Part shown: one piece after another, positions 29,852 through 39,167 of the stretch
Numbering within the stretch: the first letter of the stretch is position 1
How the letters are laid out: each line of letters starts with the position of its first letter
Assembly: GCA_963742735.1 (NCBI GenBank)
Contig: CAVUMN010000004.1
Span: 1,408,001 to 1,472,000 of the forward strand
Reading direction: 5' to 3'
DNA: 64,000 nt
Origin: an uncultured Actinomycetes bacterium
GTDB taxonomy: Bacteria; Actinomycetota; UBA4738; JBBDTT01
Translations under genes and position numbers: made by a program
The notes under the pieces: generated by a model
What the model saw: only the letters and a program-made list of their open reading frames with translations
Told to the model about the DNA's origin: nothing
The model's database searches: none

Positions 29852-31179
29852 ACCCCCGCGACCGAGAACAGCCTCCACTCGCCGGGCACGCCGCGGAGCT
29901 CGTGCATCCCGCGGTCCTCGAACGAGATCCCGCTGCCCACGGTGAGGTCCTTCACGGTAGAGCTGGCGAGAACCTCGCCGCGGCCCGCCAGGTCGGCCAC
30001 CCGGGCGCCCACGTGGACCGCGAGGCCGCCCACGTCCTGGCCCATCGACCTCGCACTCGCCGGTGTGGACCCCGGCGTGGACCTCCAAGCCCAGCGCGCC
30101 GACGCCATCGGCGACCGCCCGCGCGCATCGAACGGCCCGGGCCGGCCCGTCGAACGTCGCCAGGACGAGTCGCCCACGGTCTTGACCTCCCGTCCCCGGA
30201 ACCGCTCGAGCTGCCGGCGGACCAGGCCGTAGTAGTCCTCCAGGACGCCCCGCCAGGCGCGGTCGCCCAGGCGGGCGGCGTGGCCCGTCGAGTCCACGAT
30301 GTCCGCGAAGACGACCGTGGCCAGGACCCGATCGGGATCGGTGGGAGGCCGGGTGCCGGTCACGAACTCCTGGATCTCGTCGAGCAGCGGGGCCGTCTCG
30401 CCCACGAACGGGACGTGGTCGATACCGGGAAGCTCGACCAGCCGCGCCCCCGGGATGTGCTCTGCCAGGTACCGGGAGTGGCCGATCTCCCGGAAGGCGT
30501 CCCCGACGCGGTGCAGGACCAGGGTCGGGACTCGGATCGAGCCGAGGATCGCGCGGACGTCGGTCTGGCCCCACATCTCGATGAGTCGCTTGACCTCGCC
30601 GGGGCTCGCGGTGGCTCGCTGGAAACGCACGAACCACTTCAGGTACTCGGGATCCTGCGACTTGCTCGGGGAGATGAGGTCGGAGAGAACCTCGGTTCCC
30701 CACGCGTTCTCGACCATGCTCATGAGCGCGGCCCAGATCTCCGGCCGCCGCCCCCACGGGTAGTCCGGCGCCCACAGGGTCCGCGCGTACGAGCCGTACA
30801 ACATCAGCGGCGAGAACCGCTCCGGATACGTCGCGGCGAGCAGGCACCCGAGCGGCCCGGCCTGGCTGTACGCCAGCAGGCCCGTTCGCTGCGACCCCGC
30901 CGCGTCGAGGACCGCCAGGGCGTCGTCCATCTGGTGCTCGAACGCCGGCACTTCGCCCGTCCGGTCGGACAGGCCCGATCCGCGAAGGTCGTACACGATC
31001 AGCCGGGAGAACGACGCCAGGCGGGTCAGGAACCGAGCGAACCCGGACTCCTCCCACTGCAGGTCCGCGTGGTTGCCCCCCGCCACCAGGAACAGCAGGT
31101 CGGTGGGCCCGTCGCCCACCACCTGGTAGGCGAGATGGACGTCGCCGTTCTTCGCGTAGTGGGTCTGGGGCGCGTCCAT
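29848..31179 (-). CDS. alpha/beta-hydrolase fused to class III adenylate/guanylate cyclase (LipJ-like); compensating frameshifts near 30170 and 30045
   Basis: LAYQVVGDG and YDLRGSGLSD, then LATVVFADIVDST, GLAVHVGARV and LRGVPGEW. Confidence 0.88.
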   Translation of the reverse strand: MDAPQTHYAKNGDVHLAYQVVGDGPTDLLFLVAGGNHADLQWEESGFARFLTRLASFSRLIVYDLRGSGLSDRTGEVPAFEHQMDDALAVLDAAGSQRTGLLAYSQAGPLGCLLAATYPERFSPLMLYGSYARTLWAPDYPWGRRPEIWAALMSMVENAWGTEVLSDLISPSKSQDPEYLKWFVRFQRATASPGEVKRLIEMWGQTDVRAILGSIRVPTLVLHRVGDAFREIGHSRYLAEHIPGARLVELPGIDHVPFVGETAPLLDEIQEFVTGTRPPTDPDRVLATVVFADIVDSTGHAARLGDRAWRGVLEDYYGLVRRQLERFRGREVKTVGDSSWRRSTGRPGPFDARGRSPMASARWAWRSTPGSTPASARSMGQDVGGLAVHVGARVADLAGRGEVLASSTVKDLTVGSGISFEDRGMHELRGVPGEWRLFSVAGV

Positions 31180-31261
31180 GGGGCGGAAGTCTGACGCGGA
31201 ACGCCCGTTCCGGACAATCGGACGATCGGCCGATCTTTCGGCCCGTTGTACGCTGCCCGCG

Positions 31262-33757
31262 ATGACGATCGAGCATCGCGTCGGGCGCGCCCTGGCCCGG
31301 GCCCGCGGGGGGAAGACGCTCACGGTCGACGAGGCCGAGGCGCTCATGTCCGCGCGCGGCCACGCGCTTCGCGACCTGATGGAGATCGCCGCGGGCCTGC
31401 GGGACCTCGGCCACGGCCGGACGGTCACCTACTCCCGGAAGGTGTTCATCCCGCTCACGATGCTGTGCCGGGACCACTGCCACTACTGCACGTTCGCGAA
31501 GCCGCCGGCGAAGCTCGACGCCCCGTTCCTGACCCCCGAGCAGGCCGTCGCCATCGCGGAGGCCGGGCGCGTCGCCGGGTGCAAGGAGGCGCTGTTCACG
31601 CTGGGGGACAAGCCCGAGGAGCGCTACGCCGAAGCCCGGGAGTGGCTCGCGGCCCGCGGCTACGCCACGACCCTCGACTACGTCCGCGCGGTGGCGATCC
31701 GGGTCATCGAGGAGACCGGCCTGCTGCCCCACCTCAATCCTGGGGTGATGAGCTGGGAGGAGATGGCCCGGCTCAAGCACGTCAGCGCCTCGATGGGGCT
31801 GATGCTCGAGACGTCCTCGGACCGGCTGACCGAGCGGGGGATGGCCCACTTCGGCTCTCCGGACAAAGTGCCGGCGGTGCGCCTGCGAACGATCGAGGAC
31901 GCCGGCCGCTTGTCGATCCCGTTCACCACCGGGATCCTGGTCGGCATCGGCGAGAACGCCCGAGAACGGGCCGAGTCGCTGTTCGCCATCCGCGACCTCC
32001 ACCGCAAGTACGGCCACGTGCAGGAGGTCATCGTCCAGAACTTCCGGGCCAAGCCGAGGACCGCGATGCACGCGCACCCCGAGCCGGCCGAGGAGGAGTT
32101 CCTGGCCGCGGTCGCGGCGGCCCGGGTCATCCTCGGCCCCCGGATGCACCTGCAGGCCCCGCCCAACCTCTCCGATCCGGACTACCCGCGCCTGCTCGAC
32201 GCCGGCATCGACGACTGGGGCGGCGTCTCGCCGGTCACGATCGACCACGTGAACCCCGAGGCGCCGTGGCCGAAGCTCGACGCCCTCCGCGCCCGCTCGG
32301 CCGAGCGCGGCCACGAGCTCCGCGAGCGGCTGACGATCTACCCGGAGTACGCGACGCGTCCGGACCCGTGGCTGTCCGGAAGGATGCACGCGCCGGTGGC
32401 CGCGCTGCTCGGGCCCGGCGGCCTGGGGGTCGAGGGACAGGTACCCGAGCCCATCGCGTGGCAGGACCCCGACGTCACCTGGAAGCCACGGGAGATCGCC
32501 CTCACGTTCGCGAAGGGCGCCGACGCGGGACTGCGGGAGGACGCCGCGGACGTGTACGGAGACGTCCACGCCTTCGAGGTCCCGGTGACCGAGGCGTGGG
32601 CGCGCGAGACGCCGGAGCCCGCGCGGATCGACGCCGAGATCCGCTCGGCGCTCGCGAAGGCGGCCGACGGACGGACCGGCGCGATCACCGACGACGAGGC
32701 GCTCGCGCTGTTCCGCGCGGAGGGCGCCGCGCTGGAGGCGCTGTGCCGCGTGGCCGACGACCTTCGCCGCGACGTGAACGGCGACGAGGTCACCTACGTC
32801 GTGAACCGCAATATCAACTTCACCAACGTCTGCTACACGGGCTGCCGCTTCTGCGCGTTCGCCCAGCGGGAGGTCGACCCCGAGTCCTACACCCTCACCC
32901 TGCGTGAGGTCGGCGACCGCGCGGTGGAGGCCCGCGAGTACGGGGCGACCGAGGTGTGCATCCAGGGGGGCCTGCACCCGGACCTGCCGGGGACCTTCTA
33001 CTTCGACCTGCTCGACGAGATCCGGACGCGCGCGCCAGAGCTGCACGTCCACGCGTTCAGCCCGATGGAGGTGCTGAACGGCTCGGCCCGCCTTGGGATC
33101 TCCTTCGCCGAGTTCCTGCAGGAGTGCCGCGATCGCGGCCTGGGGAGCATCCCCGGGACGGCCGCGGAGATCCTCGACGACGACGTTCGGTGGGTGCTGA
33201 CGAAGGGGAAGCTCCCGGCCGACACCTGGGAGGAGGTCGTGAAGACCGCCCACGGCCTGGGGATCCGGTCGTCCTCCACGATCATGTACGGCCACGTGGA
33301 CGCGCCGCCGCACTGGGTGGGTCACATCCGCCGGCTCGGCCGGATCCAGTCCGAGACGGGAGGGTTCACCGAGTGGGTGCCGCTCCCGTTCGTTCACCAG
33401 AACTCGCCGATCTACCTGGCCGGCAAGGCCCGTCCCGGTCCCACCCTGGAGGACAACCGGCGGATGCACGCGGTCGGGAGGATCCTGCTCCACGGGCTGA
33501 TCTCGAACGTCCAGGTGTCGTGGGTGAAGATGGGCCTCGAGTACTGCCAGCTCATCCTGCAGGGCGGCGCGAACGACTTCGGCGGGACGCTGATGGAGGA
33601 GACGATCAGCCGGATGGCCGGCGCCGAGTGGGGGATCCGCAAGGAGCCCGAGGAGCTTCGGGAGGCGATCCACGCGATCGGCCGCGTCCCCGCCGAGCGC
33701 ACCACGACGTACGGCCGCGTTCTCCGAGAAGGGGAACTCGTCAAGCTCCCTGACTAA
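31262..33757 (+). CDS. fbiC: bifunctional FO synthase (CofG-CofH)
   Basis: Two radical SAM CxxxCxxC motifs (CRDHCHYC, CYTGCRFC). Confidence 0.96.
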   Translation: MTIEHRVGRALARARGGKTLTVDEAEALMSARGHALRDLMEIAAGLRDLGHGRTVTYSRKVFIPLTMLCRDHCHYCTFAKPPAKLDAPFLTPEQAVAIAEAGRVAGCKEALFTLGDKPEERYAEAREWLAARGYATTLDYVRAVAIRVIEETGLLPHLNPGVMSWEEMARLKHVSASMGLMLETSSDRLTERGMAHFGSPDKVPAVRLRTIEDAGRLSIPFTTGILVGIGENARERAESLFAIRDLHRKYGHVQEVIVQNFRAKPRTAMHAHPEPAEEEFLAAVAAARVILGPRMHLQAPPNLSDPDYPRLLDAGIDDWGGVSPVTIDHVNPEAPWPKLDALRARSAERGHELRERLTIYPEYATRPDPWLSGRMHAPVAALLGPGGLGVEGQVPEPIAWQDPDVTWKPREIALTFAKGADAGLREDAADVYGDVHAFEVPVTEAWARETPEPARIDAEIRSALAKAADGRTGAITDDEALALFRAEGAALEALCRVADDLRRDVNGDEVTYVVNRNINFTNVCYTGCRFCAFAQREVDPESYTLTLREVGDRAVEAREYGATEVCIQGGLHPDLPGTFYFDLLDEIRTRAPELHVHAFSPMEVLNGSARLGISFAEFLQECRDRGLGSIPGTAAEILDDDVRWVLTKGKLPADTWEEVVKTAHGLGIRSSSTIMYGHVDAPPHWVGHIRRLGRIQSETGGFTEWVPLPFVHQNSPIYLAGKARPGPTLEDNRRMHAVGRILLHGLISNVQVSWVKMGLEYCQLILQGGANDFGGTLMEETISRMAGAEWGIRKEPEELREAIHAIGRVPAERTTTYGRVLREGELVKLPD

Positions 33758-33922
33758 ACTCGTCAAGGTACTTGACCATTTACACACGCGCACTTTTTCG
33801 CGCGAAACCCTTGCACTCGTTACATGCACCCACGACCATCGTTCTTCGAGGTATCGCGTATGGAACTGCCTTTCCAGATTTCGACGATTGCCCCCTTGCG
33901 CGCGAGGCCGCAACTCCTGTTG

Positions 33923-33940
33923 AATTACAAGAATGTAATT
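33923..33940. promoter_or_regulatory. AT-rich palindrome AATTACA-N4-TGTAATT upstream of whiB
   Basis: Perfect 7-bp inverted repeat just 5' of the whiB RBS. Confidence 0.6.
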
Positions 33941-33956
33941 TGGGGGAGGGGCGGTC

Positions 33957-34184
33957 ATGCACCATTTCATCCCGTGGCAGGAACGGGCCCGATGCCGCGA
34001 GTACGACCCGGAAGTCTTCTTTCCAGAGAAGGGCGGGTCATCGCGGGAGGCCAAGCGGATCTGCGCGGAGTGCCCTGTGAGGGTCGAGTGCCTGAACTAC
34101 GCGCTGCGCCGCGACGAGCGGTACGGGGTGTGGGGGGGCATGAGCGAACGGGAGAGGCGACGCCTGAAGCGTATGGCGTCCTGA
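33957..34184 (+). CDS. whiB: WhiB family Fe-S transcription factor (WhiB/WhiB2 type)
   Basis: WQERARC, DPEVFFPEKGGSSREAK, four Cys, GVWGGMSERERR. Confidence 0.95.
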   Translation: MHHFIPWQERARCREYDPEVFFPEKGGSSREAKRICAECPVRVECLNYALRRDERYGVWGGMSERERRRLKRMAS

Positions 34185-34204
34185 CGGGAGAGAGGGGGTG
34201 AGCG

Positions 34205-34564
34205 ATGGCGACCGCAAAGAAACGTCCTGCGAAGAAGCGCACGGCGAAGAAGTCGGCGGCTCGTAAGAAGCCGGCGGCGAAGAAGCGCACGGTGAAGAAG
34301 ACCGCGGCGCGCAAGCCGGCGACGAAGAAGCGCACGGCGAAGAAGTCGACGGCTCGCAAGCCGGCGGCGAAGAAGCGCACGGCGAAGAAGCGCACGGCGA
34401 AGAAGTCGACGGCACGCAAGCCGGCGGCCAAGAAGCGCACCGCCAAGAAGGCCACGGCGAAGAAGCGGACGGCGAAGAAGTCGACCGCGAAGAGGCGCCC
34501 GGCCAAGAAGCGGGCAGCGAAGAAGACGACGGCGAGAAAGAAGGCCACAGCCCGGAAGAAGTAG
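34205..34564 (+). CDS. histone-like Lys/Ala/Arg-rich repeat protein
   Basis: Tandem AKKRT/AKKST/ARKKP pentapeptides; GAGGGG RBS; hairpin follows. Confidence 0.85.
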   Translation: MATAKKRPAKKRTAKKSAARKKPAAKKRTVKKTAARKPATKKRTAKKSTARKPAAKKRTAKKRTAKKSTARKPAAKKRTAKKATAKKRTAKKSTAKRRPAKKRAAKKTTARKKATARKK

Positions 34565-34583
34565 CCGTCGACCGGGAACCACT

Positions 34584-34610
34584 CGGAGGGGGGCCGTAGG
34601 CCCCCTTCCG
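34584..34610 (+). terminator. stem-loop after the whiB/histone-like pair
   Basis: CGGAGGGGGGCC-GTA-GGCCCCCTTCCG, 12-bp stem; no clear U-tract. Confidence 0.65.
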
Positions 34611-34689
34611 TGCGTCCGGGGCCGGTTCGAAGTGAGCCGGTTCGGGCCTTGGCAACCCCGGGCGGTAAGATGCGAGCTTCATCCGCTCG

Positions 34690-37600
34690 ATGGCCAAGAC
34701 CAAGACCACATCCGGCTCCACCGCGAGCCGCACCCGGAAGGCGCCGAGCGTCCTGGTCATCCTCGTGGTGAAGGACGGCGAAGCCTGGGTGCGCGGAACG
34801 CTCGCCGCGCTGTCCAAGCAGCGCTACCCCCGCCTGGGCATCATTGCCGTCGACAACGGCTCTCGCGACGGGTCGGCCCAGATCCTGCGGACGATGCTCG
34901 GCGAACCCCGCGTGGTGTCCCTGCCCACCAACCGAGGGTTCCCCGCCGCGGTGGCCGAGGCGCTGCGCCGTGCCGGCAACGCCGCGGAGGCCGACTACCT
35001 GCTGATGCTGCACGACGACGCGGTCCTGTCCCCGGGCTCGCTGGCCAGGATGGTGGAGACCGCCGAGCGCATCGAGGGGGTCGGCGTGGTCGGGCCGAAG
35101 GTCGTGGACTGGGACGACCCCACGATCCTGCGCGAGGTCGGCCTGTCGACCGACCGGTTCGGCTATCCCTTCTCTCCCCTGGAAGAGGAGGAGCTCGACC
35201 AGGGCCAGTACGACCGGGCCCGGGACGTCCTGTACGTGTCCTCCTCGGCCATGCTCGTCTCCCGCGAGGCGCTCAAACGGGTCGGCCTGCCCGACGAGCG
35301 CTACGGCAGCTACTTCGAGGACATGGACTTCGGGTGGCGTTCCCGGCTCGCGGGTTTCCGCGTGGTGATGACGCCGCGCGCGGTGGTCCGCCACCGGCAG
35401 GCCTCCTTCCGCGACGAGCGGCCGGGGAGCGCCGCGGCGAAGCGGAGCCGCTACTACACGGAGCGCGCCAGCCTGGCCAGCCTGCTCAAGAACTACTCCG
35501 TCCTCACCCTGTTGTGGGTCCTGCCGCTCTACGCCGCGTTCGGGTTCGTGCGGCTGCTTCTGTTCCTTCTGGAGCGCCGCTTCGCCGAGGCCACGCAGAT
35601 CCTCGCGGCCTGGGGCTGGAACCTCGCCCACCTTCCGGGCACCGTCCGACGGCGGGTCCGTGCCCAGGCCGTCCGCGCCGTCCCCGATCGTGAGATCCGC
35701 CGCTTCATGGCCCCGGCCGGCATCCGGATCCGCCGATGGCTCCAGGCCGGCGCGGCGGTCCTGTTCGGCCGGGGTCAGATGGAGGAGGAGGACATCATCG
35801 AGCGGCCGCCGCTGCGCCAGCGGGCCGGCTCGTACGCCCTGTCCCACCCCGTCGGCGTGGCGTGGGGGGTCTTCGCCCTGGTCGCGCTGTTCGCGTACCG
35901 GACCGTGTGGGGGGCCGACCCGCTCACCGGCGGCGCGCTCGGAGAGCTCCCGGCGGGATCGAGGGGGTTCCTGACCGCGTTCGTCTCGGGGTGGCGGGAC
36001 ACCGCCCTGGGCGGAGCGCAGTCCGCCAGTCCCGCGGTGGGGATGTGGTGGGTGGGATCGTTCCTCTCGTTCGGCAGCGCCGAGCTGTTCCAGAAGATCG
36101 CGCTCATGGCCCTCCCCCCGCTGGCCGGGGCCTCCGCCTACCGGGCCACCTTCCTGATCGGCGGGCAGCGGGGACCGGCGGTGCTGTCGGGGGCGACGTT
36201 CGCCCTGTCCTCGGGCGTGCTGTACGCGTTCTCCCAGGGGCGGATCGACCTGCTGGTGGTCATGGCCCTGACACCGTGGATGGCCCACCGTCTGTGGTCG
36301 TTCTTCGACCGGGCCGTCCCGGCGCATCCCCTGCGATGGCTGGTGGGAGGCGGGCTGGGCCTGGCCCTGGGGGCGGCGTTCCATCCCGGGATCGTCCTCA
36401 GCGCGGCGCTGTGCCTGGGCGTCGGCGTCCTGGTGCGGGGGAGCGACGGGAGCATCTGGCGCGGCCTTCGCTACGGGCTCGGGGCCGGCGCGGTAGCCGC
36501 CGCGCTGCTGTTCCCGACCGTCATCGAGTACCTCGGTGCCCCGGGGGCCCTGGCCGACGGGTCCGGCCAGGCCGACGTCTTCGAGCTGCTACGCGGCTCG
36601 CTCGGCCCGTCGCCCGGCTCGTGGGTGCTGGGGGCGTTCCTGCCGCTGGCGGCCGTGGTGGCCCTCGCGTTCGTCGACCGGCGGTTCATCCGGTGGGCGG
36701 CGCGGGCGTCGCTCGCCGCCCTGACCGGCACCGGGCTGGCGTGGGCGGGCGCCGCGGGCTACCTGCCCCCCGTCGTGTCTGACCCGGCCGTCTTCGTCGC
36801 GCTGGCGTTGTTCTGCTACGCGTTCGTCCTGGGGCTGGCGCTGTCCTCGATGGTCCTCGACGTCGAGCGCCACGCGTTCGGGGCCCGCCAGCTCGCGATC
36901 GGCCTGATCGGCGCGCTGGTCACCTTCGGCCTGATCGGCCAGACCTTCGAGACGATCCGCGGCGCTTGGGCCATCGGCGAGGACAAGCGTCCCGCGGCGT
37001 GGCCCGTCGTGTCCGAGGACGGATCCGAGGGGCCCTTCCGTGTCCTGTGGCTGGGCCGTCCGCTGGGGGCGGAGTTTCCGGCACCGGGCGGGCTTCCCCA
37101 GGGGATCCTCCAGGACGGGCGGTCGCTGCGGTTCGCGGTGACCGGGCGCGATGGGTCGAGCGCGGTCGACCTCGCCCGGCCGGGAACCGGCCCCGGGTAC
37201 GACTATCTGCGCGCGGCCCTGGCGGAGGCCATGTCCGGACGGACCCGCCATCTGGGGGCCATGCTCGCCCCGCTCGGCGTGCGGTACCTGGTCGCCGGGC
37301 AGGGCGACCTCCCCAAGGGCGCCGGGAGCCGTATCGACGCGCAGGTCGACCTGGACCTGGTGCAGTCGGCGGGCGGCCTGGTGATCTTCCGCAACGCCCG
37401 CGCGGTTCCGCCGCCGGCGGTGATCTCCGACGACGAGTGGGCGATCCTGTCGGCGGGCGGCCTGGACGACGCGGCCCGGGCCCTGAACCCCCGGGCCACC
37501 CTCCTGGCCGGGGGCGAAACGGAGTACCGCGGGCGCGCCGACGGCGGTGACGTGGTGTACCTCTCGGCGCAGGCGGCCAGCTGGGTCCTGGAGCCCGAGG

Positions 37601-37788
37601 GCGGCGAGGCGATCCGGCCGCGGGCCGCGTTCGGCTGGGCGATGGCCTTCGAGCCCTCGGAGCCCGCGGCGTTCGTGGCTCGCTTCGACGGACAGTGGGC
37701 CCGCCGCCTCGAGCTGCTGCTGCTCACGTTGCTGTGGGGCGCCGCCCTGTTCATCACCCGGCGCCTGCCGAGGGCGCCTCGCACGTGA
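34690..37788 (+). CDS. large GT2 glycosyltransferase with multi-TM C-terminal region
   Basis: VDNGSRDGS, LHDD, DQGQYD and YFEDMD; many TMs; conserved position after whiB. Confidence 0.88.
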   Translation: MAKTKTTSGSTASRTRKAPSVLVILVVKDGEAWVRGTLAALSKQRYPRLGIIAVDNGSRDGSAQILRTMLGEPRVVSLPTNRGFPAAVAEALRRAGNAAEADYLLMLHDDAVLSPGSLARMVETAERIEGVGVVGPKVVDWDDPTILREVGLSTDRFGYPFSPLEEEELDQGQYDRARDVLYVSSSAMLVSREALKRVGLPDERYGSYFEDMDFGWRSRLAGFRVVMTPRAVVRHRQASFRDERPGSAAAKRSRYYTERASLASLLKNYSVLTLLWVLPLYAAFGFVRLLLFLLERRFAEATQILAAWGWNLAHLPGTVRRRVRAQAVRAVPDREIRRFMAPAGIRIRRWLQAGAAVLFGRGQMEEEDIIERPPLRQRAGSYALSHPVGVAWGVFALVALFAYRTVWGADPLTGGALGELPAGSRGFLTAFVSGWRDTALGGAQSASPAVGMWWVGSFLSFGSAELFQKIALMALPPLAGASAYRATFLIGGQRGPAVLSGATFALSSGVLYAFSQGRIDLLVVMALTPWMAHRLWSFFDRAVPAHPLRWLVGGGLGLALGAAFHPGIVLSAALCLGVGVLVRGSDGSIWRGLRYGLGAGAVAAALLFPTVIEYLGAPGALADGSGQADVFELLRGSLGPSPGSWVLGAFLPLAAVVALAFVDRRFIRWAARASLAALTGTGLAWAGAAGYLPPVVSDPAVFVALALFCYAFVLGLALSSMVLDVERHAFGARQLAIGLIGALVTFGLIGQTFETIRGAWAIGEDKRPAAWPVVSEDGSEGPFRVLWLGRPLGAEFPAPGGLPQGILQDGRSLRFAVTGRDGSSAVDLARPGTGPGYDYLRAALAEAMSGRTRHLGAMLAPLGVRYLVAGQGDLPKGAGSRIDAQVDLDLVQSAGGLVIFRNARAVPPPAVISDDEWAILSAGGLDDAARALNPRATLLAGGETEYRGRADGGDVVYLSAQAASWVLEPEGGEAIRPRAAFGWAMAFEPSEPAAFVARFDGQWARRLELLLLTLLWGAALFITRRLPRAPRT

Positions 37789-39164
37789 ACGTCCGCGCAC
37801 GACTGCTGCTTTCGGGGATCGTGGCGATCCTCGTCGTGGGCGCGGGCGCGGTGCTCCAGACGCGGGTCGGCCCCGATGAGTCCGCGGTACCCCAGCCCGT
37901 GTCCGCGGAGACGGGCGCGTGGTTCTGTCCCCACGGCGGCCTGTGGAAGACGTGGGTCACGGTGGGCAACCCCGGGGTGGAGACGGCCACGGTGCGGCTG
38001 ACGACCTACGGGGGAGAGGGCGTGGCGGGACGGGAGGACTTCGACCTCGCCGGGGGCGAGCAGCGCTACGTGCTGGTGCCCACCCCGAACGCCGGCACCG
38101 GCACCGTGGTGGAGTTCTTCGGGGCCGAGGTGGCGGCGGGCTGGATCTCGGAGGGCGACGGCGGGGTGGCCGCTGAGTCCTGCCGGGCCTCCGCCGGCCG
38201 CACCTGGTACGTCGCGGACGGCATCACCGAGCTCACCCAGGGCCAGCTGGAGCGGACGTCCTGGCTGGTGGTGATGAACCCGTTCGCGGTGGACGCCGCG
38301 TTCGACGTGACCCTGCTCACGGCCGAGGGCGCGCCCACGCGGGTCGGCGCGCTGCGCGGGTACGTCCTGAAGGCCCACCGCTCGATCGCGTTCAACCTCA
38401 ACCGCTACCTGCTGGGAGAGACGTCCATCGCCGCGAGCGTGAACGCCTCCCTCGGGTCGGTGTCGGTTTCCCAGCTCGGCCGGACCGAGAGCGTGGGCAT
38501 CCGCGCGGTCACGGCCGTCCCGCACCCGTCCCGGCGATGGGTGTTTCCCGCCGCTCTCGGTGCCGACGACTCGGCCCTGGTCGTCGCCGACCCGTTGGAG
38601 CAGAGCGCTGCGTTCAGCGTCCGCCAGCAGGGCCTCGAGGAGCAGCGGCCGGTGGACGACCTCACCGAGGCCAGCCTGCGAGGGCTGTCCGTGCAGACCT
38701 TCGAGGTGGCGACGGACCCGGGACCGTCGGGGATCGTGGTCGACGCCAACGCGGACGTGCCGGTGGTCGCGGCCCGGCGGACCGACGGCCACCGAGGCGA
38801 CGTGGGGGCGGTCTCGGGCGCCTCGTCCGTGGCCGCCGCGTGGGTGGTCCCGCCCACGGTCCCACCCACCGGGGGAGGCCAGCAGCGGCTGCTGCTCGAG
38901 AACCCCGGGCTGCAGGACATCACGGTGAGCGTCCGGGTGTTCGGCGACGCCGACCAGGACCTGGGGACGGTCGAGGTCCCCGCGGGCCGGACCGTGGCGG
39001 TCGGGCTGGACGAATCCTCGGACGGCGCTCCGGCGTGGGCCTACGTCGAGTCCCAGGATGGAACGTTCGTGGCCGGATCCGCGTCTTTGTCTCTGGAGGG
39101 TGCGTACGCGCTCTCGATCGGCCTGCCACTCGGGGGCGAGCGAGCGGTGATCCCGGAGTCGTGA
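37785..39164 (+). CDS. DUF5719-like secreted protein
   Basis: GTGA overlap, signal/TM, WFCP and repeated NP beta domains; usual neighbour of the GT2. Confidence 0.7.
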   Translation: MNVRARLLLSGIVAILVVGAGAVLQTRVGPDESAVPQPVSAETGAWFCPHGGLWKTWVTVGNPGVETATVRLTTYGGEGVAGREDFDLAGGEQRYVLVPTPNAGTGTVVEFFGAEVAAGWISEGDGGVAAESCRASAGRTWYVADGITELTQGQLERTSWLVVMNPFAVDAAFDVTLLTAEGAPTRVGALRGYVLKAHRSIAFNLNRYLLGETSIAASVNASLGSVSVSQLGRTESVGIRAVTAVPHPSRRWVFPAALGADDSALVVADPLEQSAAFSVRQQGLEEQRPVDDLTEASLRGLSVQTFEVATDPGPSGIVVDANADVPVVAARRTDGHRGDVGAVSGASSVAAAWVVPPTVPPTGGGQQRLLLENPGLQDITVSVRVFGDADQDLGTVEVPAGRTVAVGLDESSDGAPAWAYVESQDGTFVAGSASLSLEGAYALSIGLPLGGERAVIPES

Positions 39165-39167
39165 CCT

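Noticed and set aside
29036-34054. 1672-aa minus-strand ORF and similar long ORFs (7284..9425, 37203..40121, 41117..43918)
   Set aside because: Shadow frames antisense to well-supported genes; expected in high-GC DNA and carrying no recognisable motifs
33772-34201. Alternative ORFs 33772..34080 and 33824..34201 upstream of and overlapping whiB
   Set aside because: Atypical codon usage, no motifs, and they overlap whiB and its regulatory region
34205-34564. Repetitive DNA as a CRISPR array or non-coding satellite
   Set aside because: Repeats are in-frame and degenerate at synonymous positions, with no unique spacers or cas genes
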